From assembly GCA_041660505.1 (NCBI GenBank), contig JBAZWG010000001.1, positions 609,768 through 673,767 of the forward strand: a stretch of DNA of 64,000 nucleotides, in the 5' to 3' direction. Position numbers and translations under genes: made by a program. Under the pieces are notes generated by a model. The model saw only the letters and a list, made by a program, of their open reading frames with translations, made no database searches and was not told the DNA's origin. Each line of letters begins with the position of its first letter. Position 1 is the first letter of the stretch. Shown here one piece after another: positions 56,714 to 64,000 of the stretch. This stretch comes from Minisyncoccota bacterium. GTDB taxonomy: Bacteria > Patescibacteriota > Minisyncoccia > Phycocordibacterales > JACRKE01.

Positions 56714-56899
56714 TTATGGAAGTACGAGGTAGCTCGATAATTCCTTGCGGCGCACTTCGAGCTCGACTCCGCGCTTGTTGCGAAGCTGTTTCGAACGGCT
56801 CTCTTTGGCATTAAAGTGATTTTGCCCGGGCTTGCGACCGATGACCTTGCCGTTCTTGGTCACGCGGAAGCGCTTGGACATTGATTTCTTTGTTTTCAT
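56714..56899 (-). CDS. rpmI: 50S ribosomal protein L35
   Basis: MKTKKSMSKRFRVTKNGK; infC-rpmI-rplT synteny. Confidence 0.93.
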   Translation of the reverse strand: MKTKKSMSKRFRVTKNGKVIGRKPGQNHFNAKESRSKQLRNKRGVELEVRRKELSSYLVLP

Positions 56900-56901
56900 G
56901 A

Positions 56902-57423
56902 TTATTGTTTTTCTATAGTTACTGCTAAACCCTTCATACTTTTCTTTATCGGGTCAGTGACCTTGAACGGCTCGGTGATAAGAACCAGAATTCGTTCCAA
57001 ACGCTCCTTCAAGAAGTTGAACTCCATATATTTGGAACGGCCCTTGAGGAAGAGCTCGATGTGAACTTTGTGCCCTTCCTTCAGGAACTTGGAGGCGTTC
57101 TTGGCCTTGAGCTCTAGGTCGTGGTCGCCGGTGCCCACCTTCACTTGGAGCATCTTGAGCTCCGAGACATGGGCGTTCGCCTTGGCCACCTTCTGCTTCT
57201 TGTTTTCGAGGTACTGATACTTGCCGAAGTCCATGATCTTCGCCACCGGGGGTACGGCGGTCGGGGAGATCTCGATCAGGTCTAAGCCCTGCTCCTTCGC
57301 GACTCTTAGCGCCTCGCTTATGGAGATAACGCCCAAATTTTGACCATCACCCATAACAACCCGTAATTCGGGCGCGGTAATCTGGTTATTTATGCGTATT
57401 TTCTTATAGAACAAGGTAGGCAA
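56902..57423 (-). CDS. infC: translation initiation factor IF-3
   Basis: RINNQI, LDLIEISP, PPVAKIMDFGKYQY; non-ATG start, exact position uncertain. Confidence 0.95.
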   Translation of the reverse strand: MPTLFYKKIRINNQITAPELRVVMGDGQNLGVISISEALRVAKEQGLDLIEISPTAVPPVAKIMDFGKYQYLENKKQKVAKANAHVSELKMLQVKVGTGDHDLELKAKNASKFLKEGHKVHIELFLKGRSKYMEFNFLKERLERILVLITEPFKVTDPIKKSMKGLAVTIEKQ

Positions 57424-57474
57424 ATAATAGTACAGAATGGGGGAAAAAGCAAGCGGGCGAGGCTTATTTGGGCT

Positions 57475-58203
57475 CTATGCTCTTAGCTTGGGGCGTATCA
57501 TAAATAGTCTGCGTGTTGCGTTCTCATAATACGCATCGTCGCGCCCATGACTTGCCTTTGGCTCAACCATGATACTCGGTTTAAAGCCGAGACCCTCTTT
57601 TACAACATTCGTGATAAGTGCCGTAGATTCATCATGTACCTTTTGGTATGAGTTGCCGGTATGAGGCGATATGCCCGGTAAATATGAACCGGAAAATATT
57701 ACGGCGTCTATTGTCCCCGGCTCGCAACGCTCTTTTATTTCTGTCAGGCTGTTTGATAGGTCTGCGATAAATTTATTTTTATTCTCGTCGCTCTTCAAAA
57801 AGAATGTCGGGTTTTGATGGGTTAGGAATGAAATATCGACGCCGAGCTCTTTGTCTTGGCCGGTTACAACGAGCCCGGTGCAGTCGGCGTATTCTTTCGA
57901 CAGCTTATCCCGTCCGTCGACAGGGGAGATGACATAACTTTTCTCGCCGGCATTCTTGATACGCTTTTCTGTCAGTTTCTTCGGGTCGGCATAGAAGCTT
58001 AGTTCTATAAGTTTATTTTCTCTTTCCGCAAGTTCTGTCCGTATAACATTTTCAACCATATTAGATAGGTGCAATGTCGGTCCAGGCTGTTCTTTATAAT
58101 CCCACCAATCGCCAAGGCAAGCCATGATAGGTTTAATATCAGGATTCAGATGTTCCAGCCCGGGACGCTTCTCTGTTTCTGTAGAAATGTTTTCACTAGT
58201 CAT
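57475..58203 (-). CDS. hypothetical protein
   Basis: ORF with TATAAT 7 nt upstream; motif YADCTGLVV...FLTHQNP. Confidence 0.7.
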   Translation of the reverse strand: MTSENISTETEKRPGLEHLNPDIKPIMACLGDWWDYKEQPGPTLHLSNMVENVIRTELAERENKLIELSFYADPKKLTEKRIKNAGEKSYVISPVDGRDKLSKEYADCTGLVVTGQDKELGVDISFLTHQNPTFFLKSDENKNKFIADLSNSLTEIKERCEPGTIDAVIFSGSYLPGISPHTGNSYQKVHDESTALITNVVKEGLGFKPSIMVEPKASHGRDDAYYENATRRLFMIRPKLRA

Positions 58204-58331
58204 ATTCAGTATTATAACAGAGCAAGGAAGCACCAAAAAGCAATTTCGAAATCAGTTTGACTTAGAGTCAACAGCATGGTATAGTATAACCGACTAAGAA
58301 CTTTGACAGACAGGGAAAGGAGGTGAGAAAT

Positions 58332-59363
58332 TTGTCTGTTTCGGTCGAAATCCTGCAGGGTGCACACCAGCACATCCTGCCAGCCGGTATGCTCAAGCTG
58401 ATCCGCGTACTGTTGCGGATAGCTGGCTACCGCGGGCGGTGGTTTGTAATGCACGGCCCGGCCATCACCGGTACCCACCACACGCAAGGTGTACGGGTGA
58501 AGGAGGAGTTGGCACCGGACACAGTGGGCACCGTGGAGCTGGATTGCCAGCCTGGCGACAATAAGTCCAGGCGGACTATGTGGCTCCACATCCAGAACGG
58601 CTATCGAAAGGAGGAGGTGATAGCCAAACTCAAGGCGGCAACCGCGAAGCTGCGCTGGCCACCTACCAAAAACAAGAAGCGAAAGAAGCTAATACCCAAG
58701 GTTTCTTTCGCGGAATTTCTGGCGCGTGCAGTGCCGGAACAAGGAGGACATACCATGGAAGATCCCAACAAAACCGGCGTCCCAACGCCGGAGGCACCGA
58801 ACACAACCGAGGGCGAGACCGGCAACAAGCCGGCCAGGCCCAAGTACCAGGGTAGCCCTGCCGACGACCCGGTGTGGGTCAAGCGAGCAGTCGAGGCTTT
58901 CTTGAAGGCAACTGCCGGGGAGAAGGTGATCAAGGCGAATCTCCTCGGGAAGTTTCTCGGGAGAGAAGTGGATCGGTGGTCGTCCCGGACCGTCAAGGCC
59001 CTCGTGAACAGAGGGTACTTGGTTCGGGTCCACGCGCACGGTGACCCAAAGAAGGCTGTGGTCGCCTACGAGGTCACAGATAAGGCGCTCGCGCTCGTGC
59101 GCGGCGTCGAGCCGGAGAAGGATGACGCAACCAAGCGCCGGCTCGAGCGCCTCGCCAAACTTGAGGAGAAGGCGAGACCCATTCTCGAGCTCGAGAAGGA
59201 GCTCGTTGTCGCCGAGGATGAGATTTCGCGCCTAGAGTGTGAGTTGCCCGCGGCCATGTATGTGGCCGAAAAAATCAAGAAGCGCCTCTCGGAGCAGGAA
59301 GACGAGGCGAAGCAGGCGCGCGAGCTCCTGCGGGTCCTCGATGGCAAGGACGACAAGAGCTAG
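58332..59363 (+). CDS. hypothetical protein with possible winged-helix and C-terminal coiled coil
   Basis: SD AAGGAGGTG then TTG at 58332; second in-frame SD plus ATG at 58756; VKALVNRGYLVR...YEVTDKA. Confidence 0.7.
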   Translation: MSVSVEILQGAHQHILPAGMLKLIRVLLRIAGYRGRWFVMHGPAITGTHHTQGVRVKEELAPDTVGTVELDCQPGDNKSRRTMWLHIQNGYRKEEVIAKLKAATAKLRWPPTKNKKRKKLIPKVSFAEFLARAVPEQGGHTMEDPNKTGVPTPEAPNTTEGETGNKPARPKYQGSPADDPVWVKRAVEAFLKATAGEKVIKANLLGKFLGREVDRWSSRTVKALVNRGYLVRVHAHGDPKKAVVAYEVTDKALALVRGVEPEKDDATKRRLERLAKLEEKARPILELEKELVVAEDEISRLECELPAAMYVAEKIKKRLSEQEDEAKQARELLRVLDGKDDKS

Positions 59364-59376
59364 CCTTTCCCCGTGT

Positions 59377-59405
59377 GCCCACCCCGACGAAGTGTCGGGG
59401 TGGGC
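59377..59405. repeat. family D hairpin
   Basis: GCCCACCCCGAC-GAAGT-GTCGGGGTGGGC. Confidence 0.7.
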
Positions 59406-59720
59406 GAGGCAAGCGAGTGAGAGCCTGATAGATTAAGAACCTATCTTAATCTCGCTCAAATAACAAAACAGATCACGCAAAATACGTGGTCTTTTTTGTT
59501 TCTAATATACATCATTTCTGTGCTATAGCAGAGCGGTGATGTATGTGTCGGAGGCGAGACCTCGGACAATAAAGAGATTCTGAAACTGGTTTAATCAGGT
59601 CGACATTTGGCCATAAATATGGTAGATGTAAAGGCCGTACTCGCTGTTTTGACATAATAATACTGACTGAAACTATTTAACATAAAACACTACAGAGCTT
59701 TGCTCGAAAGGGGACTCATC

Positions 59721-60824
59721 ATGGACTTTACGCTTCAGGAAAAAGATGGTCTGCCGGTTTTGCTCGCAGTCATGAAGATTGTCCGGATGGTTCTCTCGAT
59801 GCTCCCCGGAATTTTCGGGGAGTTCTTCATCGAGCCGGCAGGAGACAAGCGGGTAGAGAAGGACACGCCTGATATGTCCGTCGCCCAGTACGTCCCGGGT
59901 GTCGTCTATATCAAGGTTGTGGTCAGCCGACCCACGACTGGCAAGAGGCTTTACACCAGCCGGCTCTATTTGCCAGCCGGCATGGAAACCTATAATTTCC
60001 TTGCCGTATGCAAGGCGATTATCGACTTCATGTTGAAAGCCAAACCGCCACCACCAGACCTGTGCATTAAGAAGATCGAGGTGGAACCACTGCCTCTGAT
60101 GGCGGAGGTTAAACCTCCGACGGACGCGGAAGATCCAGAAGAGAAAGACCTTCTGGCTGGTCTAGAACATCCGGCCGACAAGGTCGAGATTCCGACTCCT
60201 GTCCCCGCGCCCGCAACCGAGCCAGCTCCGGTCATGATGGCGGAGGTTAAACCTCCGCCAATCGACCTCGGTATCCCGCTCGAGGAGATCGAGGCGCAGT
60301 TCGCGCCGGATATTCCCGAGATTGTCGTGGAGCCGGAGGTTGAGTTGCTGCCGATGTTAGAAGTGGCGGAGGAGCCGGCAGAGCCGAGGGCGCTCACACC
60401 GACGGAACGCCTTGCCCTAGTAGCACGAGGCGAAACGGAGAAGGCACAGGCGGCAACGCCTCCACCGCCAAAGCCGACGAAGGTTGACTTAGGCCTCCGG
60501 CTCAAGAGATGGTTCGGAAGCGAGGATAACTTCGCCTCCGTTTCTCTCATGATGGCGGCGCTCGTGAGGGAGGCGGGGTATTCCGACCACGTGCTGAAGT
60601 ATGGTGTGGAGGATTTCCCCAAGGCTTCCACCCTCGAGCGGCAGGAGATTGAAATCCTTGGCCGCAACGAGTGGAGTGCCGAAGTCGATCTCCACCTTCG
60701 GATTGGTGGGAAATTGGTCAACTTCAAGACGAAGCTCAACTTCGGCAAGCCCCAGCGCGGGGAGCGGATGTTTCGCAATCTGCAAACTGCGGCGCGCCGA
60801 CTCAACAAGTACTTTCGCCGATAG
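59721..60824 (+). CDS. hypothetical Pro/Glu-rich protein
   Basis: SD AAAGGGG, own promoter, duplicated MAEVKPP. Confidence 0.7.
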   Translation: MDFTLQEKDGLPVLLAVMKIVRMVLSMLPGIFGEFFIEPAGDKRVEKDTPDMSVAQYVPGVVYIKVVVSRPTTGKRLYTSRLYLPAGMETYNFLAVCKAIIDFMLKAKPPPPDLCIKKIEVEPLPLMAEVKPPTDAEDPEEKDLLAGLEHPADKVEIPTPVPAPATEPAPVMMAEVKPPPIDLGIPLEEIEAQFAPDIPEIVVEPEVELLPMLEVAEEPAEPRALTPTERLALVARGETEKAQAATPPPPKPTKVDLGLRLKRWFGSEDNFASVSLMMAALVREAGYSDHVLKYGVEDFPKASTLERQEIEILGRNEWSAEVDLHLRIGGKLVNFKTKLNFGKPQRGERMFRNLQTAARRLNKYFRR

Positions 60825-60841
60825 AGGTGGGTCAGTCAGAG

Positions 60842-60872
60842 CGCCCGCCCCGACGCAGTGTCGGGGCGGGCG
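60842..60872. repeat. family D hairpin
   Basis: CGCCCGCCCCGAC-GCAGT-GTCGGGGCGGGCG. Confidence 0.7.
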
Positions 60873-61048
60873 AGGTCAAGAGAACAGTCTGAATGTAGCC
60901 AAGGAGAGACCTCCGCTCGAAACCGGAGGACTCACCTTCGCTTCAAAATAATTCGGGCTGTTTTTTTAGTTTATACTCCAAAGAAACAACATCTCGTTTT
61001 CCAGAAATTCTAAATAAATAAGCGGTCGCTGATTAATTTAGACAAACA

Positions 61049-61840
61049 CTAGCCGCCGAAGGTCATGAAGTTGGCGCTTTCATATTTGCGTACGCCGTAC
61101 TTGAAAATATTTATTGATAGGAAGAACCAGAATATTGATAGTGTAAAAAGTAAAATTATTTTATCCGGCGTGAAGTTCCTAATCGCCTCAATAGGTAAGG
61201 CGCCGACCAGTAGTGACGGAATAATAAATGTGTAAACGAATCGCATCCCGCCTTGGAACGCTCCGCCATGGAATAATGTCGGTGTCATAAAGAGCTCGAA
61301 GAGTCCGGTCGTAACAGTATTCGCATCGACGAAGAAGAAGCTGAAGGAGTATACAGTAACCACAGCAGAGAAGAACACAAGTGTTGAAATAATTATAAGC
61401 GGTATCGCCAACAGGATTTGGAAAACAGAGGCATGAATTAAAAAGGCATAGGCAATAAGTCCGACAATGCCGAAGGTCAGATCGCCGAGCGCAGAAGCGC
61501 CGAAGGCCGACGTGGCTATTCGCAATAGTAAATTTTTTGGCGAGAGCATAAATCGATCGAATGAGCCGGACGACACATAGTCAGCAAGTTTGCGCAGACC
61601 GCCACAGGCAGAAAATACGATACCGTAACTGATTGCCAAGAACCCTTGCATGCCGATTATGTCTGACGCTGTCCATCCGCCGATGATACCGACAGATTTA
61701 ACGAAGAATACCCAGAGAATAATGAAGGCGATATTATTAAGCGCCATGCCGATGACGTTCATAAGGAAGCTGGTGCGAAGTTCCGCACTGCTCTGGATAT
61801 TCTTCTTTATTGCATATAAGGCGAATTTAAGTTCATTCAT
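61049..61840 (-). CDS. ABC-2 type permease (DUF990-like)
   Basis: Six TM; GSFDRFMLSPKN; C-terminal GVRKYES. Confidence 0.88.
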   Translation of the reverse strand: MNELKFALYAIKKNIQSSAELRTSFLMNVIGMALNNIAFIILWVFFVKSVGIIGGWTASDIIGMQGFLAISYGIVFSACGGLRKLADYVSSGSFDRFMLSPKNLLLRIATSAFGASALGDLTFGIVGLIAYAFLIHASVFQILLAIPLIIISTLVFFSAVVTVYSFSFFFVDANTVTTGLFELFMTPTLFHGGAFQGGMRFVYTFIIPSLLVGALPIEAIRNFTPDKIILLFTLSIFWFFLSINIFKYGVRKYESANFMTFGG

Positions 61841-61849
61841 ATTTTTATT

Positions 61850-62650
61850 CTAACCGCCGTTTACAGAAACATTAACTTTTGCTTTATTGAACATAAAATA
61901 TACAGCGATAGACAGCACGATTATCCAGACAGCCTGAATGCTTAACAGTCTCGGCCAATCGGTTTGCCACGTTGCGTAGACGGTGTGAGTGATAAAGAAT
62001 GAAGCGCCGAATGGGCTGTATGTGGCGAGCTTCTGCATAAATTCCGGGAAGAGGGCGACAGGGAGGTATGACCCGCCCAGTATCATCACGGCTTTGTTTA
62101 CTATCCAAAAGACCGGTACAACATCCTCTATCCAGAAGGCCAAAAGCCCGACGACAGAGTAAATGAGGATATTAAGGACAGTGCAGAATAGAAGCGTGAT
62201 GACAAGCGTTGGCAAGAAGATATTTACAGTCATTGTGTCAGGGATGCCGATGAGGAGAGCCAGAATTATTGTAGAAAGTATTGTGATGAAGGCGAATGAA
62301 TACAAGCCGGCGCCGATTTGCCACCATATTCTGTATGAGAGATACGAAATGGGTTTAGAAAGCAAAACCTCAACGTTGCCGGATTGGACGTCTTGCATAA
62401 TTAGCCGAGCGATATCGCGCAGACGGAAGACAGAGAAGGTGAAGTAGAAAAAGATGCTCCACGCGGCGTAGGAGAATGGTATGCCTTTTATTATTCCGCC
62501 ATTAAGTTTGTAGACGTACCAATACAAGCCAAGTAAGACTCCGCAACGCGCCACCATCGTCATAGTATCTATTGCCAACCGGCCCGGGTATTGGATGTGG
62601 TCTCTGACTTGCGTCGTAATTATTTTATTGGCCAGCCTTATCGCTTTCAT
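61850..62650 (-). CDS. ABC-2 type permease (DUF990-like)
   Basis: DVQSGNVEVLLSKPISY, LGGSYLPVALFP, C-terminal VNGG. Confidence 0.88.
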   Translation of the reverse strand: MKAIRLANKIITTQVRDHIQYPGRLAIDTMTMVARCGVLLGLYWYVYKLNGGIIKGIPFSYAAWSIFFYFTFSVFRLRDIARLIMQDVQSGNVEVLLSKPISYLSYRIWWQIGAGLYSFAFITILSTIILALLIGIPDTMTVNIFLPTLVITLLFCTVLNILIYSVVGLLAFWIEDVVPVFWIVNKAVMILGGSYLPVALFPEFMQKLATYSPFGASFFITHTVYATWQTDWPRLLSIQAVWIIVLSIAVYFMFNKAKVNVSVNGG

Positions 62651-63623
62651 AGATGTGTCTGATTACCGCCTCAAGGTCGGCGTTGTTCACGTCGATGTCC
62701 TCAACTTCGAACAGGTCGAGCAATTTACGGAGAGCGTTTTTTACCGAAATTTTATTTATATCTACGATGACGGAAATTTTATTCACGTCTTTAGAGGCGT
62801 AGCGTATGCCATCCGGCAGTTCGGGGAAGTTCCGGAAATGTTCATCGGCGATAAGGTCGATGTATTTCTCGTAAACGAAGGCCTTGGCCAGTTCATTAGT
62901 CGGCAAGTTCTTGATTATCACGCCATGATTGATGATGATGGTCCTGTCGCAGAGAGTTTCGACATCACCGACATCGTGCGAGGTTAGGAATATTGTCGTT
63001 TTCTCTTCTTTATTTATCTTAAGAAGCAAATCGCGCAGAGATTTCTTGGCCACCACGTCGAGGCCGATGGTTGGCTCGTCGAGCAGAATTATCTTAGGCT
63101 TATGGATGAGGGCGGCTGCGACTTCTGCCCGCATACGCTGGCCGAGCGATAATTTCCTAACCGGTTGAGTGGCAAACGAGCCTAGGTCGAATATTCCGAC
63201 CAATTCTTCAATCCGCTTTTTTATTTCCGTATCGGTCATGTCGTACATCACGCCAAAGAATTCGAACGAGTCTGTGATGGGCAAGTTGGGCAGGAGTTGT
63301 GAACGCTGGCCGAAGACAGTACCTATCTGATAAGCGAGTTTCTTTCTGTCCTTTGCTGGGTCAAGGCCTAAGACGCTTATTTCTCCCGCAGTTGGGTATA
63401 ATATGCCCGTAAGCATTTTAATCGTAGTGGACTTGCCTGCGCCGTTCGGGCCGATAAAGGCCACTCGCTCGCCGCTTTTGACCGAGAGGGAGATGTTGTC
63501 CACGGCTATTATCTCTTTGGTCACGGGCGCAAAGAGGTTTCTGACCCATCCACGAGAAGAGTCTCTGGCCGAAAAGGCGAACTTTTTCGTCAGATTAGTA
63601 ACAGTTATCGAATTGGATTTCAT
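62625..63623 (-). CDS. ABC transporter ATP-binding protein
   Basis: GPNGAGKST, VFGQRSQL, LSLGQRMR, LDEPTIGLD. Confidence 0.95.
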   Translation of the reverse strand: MKSNSITVTNLTKKFAFSARDSSRGWVRNLFAPVTKEIIAVDNISLSVKSGERVAFIGPNGAGKSTTIKMLTGILYPTAGEISVLGLDPAKDRKKLAYQIGTVFGQRSQLLPNLPITDSFEFFGVMYDMTDTEIKKRIEELVGIFDLGSFATQPVRKLSLGQRMRAEVAAALIHKPKIILLDEPTIGLDVVAKKSLRDLLLKINKEEKTTIFLTSHDVGDVETLCDRTIIINHGVIIKNLPTNELAKAFVYEKYIDLIADEHFRNFPELPDGIRYASKDVNKISVIVDINKISVKNALRKLLDLFEVEDIDVNNADLEAVIRHIYESDKAGQ

Positions 63624-63649
63624 GCCAAATTAGTATACACTAATTCAGT

Positions 63650-64000
63650 ATGTTTACCGAAATCCGCAACAAGAAGGCCCACTTTAACTACGATATCCTC
63701 GAGAAATTTGAGGCGGGGATAGAGCTTTTTGGATTTGAAGTAAAATCAGTGAAAGGCGGGCACGGGAGCTTGGAGGGAACACGCGTTATTATTCGTGATA
63801 ATGAGGCATATCTAATAGGCGTAAATATTCCGCCGTATCAGACGGGCAACACGCCGGCTGGGTATGACCCAACGCGCACGCGCAAGCTTTTACTGACTAA
63901 GAAGGAAATTAAAGAGCTGATTGGTAAGGGCGAACAGGCAGGCTTGACTATCGTGCCACTGGCGTTGTATAATAAGAGCGGACGGATCAAAGTAAGCATT
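63650..64000 (+). CDS. smpB: SsrA-binding protein (3'-truncated by window edge)
   Basis: NKKAHFNYDILEKFEAGIEL, EVKS, YDPTRTRKLLL, GLTIVPL. Confidence 0.95.
   Translation, partial: MFTEIRNKKAHFNYDILEKFEAGIELFGFEVKSVKGGHGSLEGTRVIIRDNEAYLIGVNIPPYQTGNTPAGYDPTRTRKLLLTKKEIKELIGKGEQAGLTIVPLALYNKSGRIKVSI

Noticed and set aside
59990-60808. 272-aa minus-strand ORF
   Set aside because: Ser/Gly-rich antisense shadow of 59721-60824
1-64000. Alternative genetic code (UGA=Gly, code 25)
   Set aside because: Conserved genes are full length under code 11, and TGA ends genes such as pyrD, pyrF and speD at expected positions

Overview
Chromosomal segment of a Patescibacteria (CPR, probably Parcubacteria) genome in genetic code 11. 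The assignment is inferred from the absence of rpmD/L30 between rpsE and rplO, apparently leaderless core genes and a very large Thr/Ser-rich surface protein. Core content: tRNA-Ile(GAT), murD, murC, rsmI, the distal spc operon (rpsN-rpsH-rplF-rplR-rpsE-rplO-secY) with adk and map, infC-rpmI-rplT, nfo, smpB (truncated), PIF1 helicase, PPIases, cell-wall peptidases, GH130/HAD sugar genes, a P1B ATPase and an ABC-2 exporter. Interleaved are GC-richer units with strong Shine-Dalgarno (SD) sites and their own promoters and terminators: RNase III, an AsnRS-like enzyme, pyrD/pyrF/pyrE, several orphans and a radical SAM locus. Most notable features missing from the ORF track: (1) a 48-aa Cys/Asp-rich RiPP precursor (30015-30161, minus strand) upstream of a radical SAM/SPASM maturase, with a poly-G tract in its promoter spacer; (2) a ~300-nt multi-stem ncRNA candidate (22229-22528); (3) a compact 6S RNA candidate preceded by five 11-bp-phased DnaA-box-like sites; (4) a ~95-nt three-way-junction sRNA; (5) boxA-like motifs in accessory-gene leaders, contrasting with leaderless core genes; (6) several REP-like palindrome families, some inserted in frame into proteins. 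All calls are by eye; no database searches were run.
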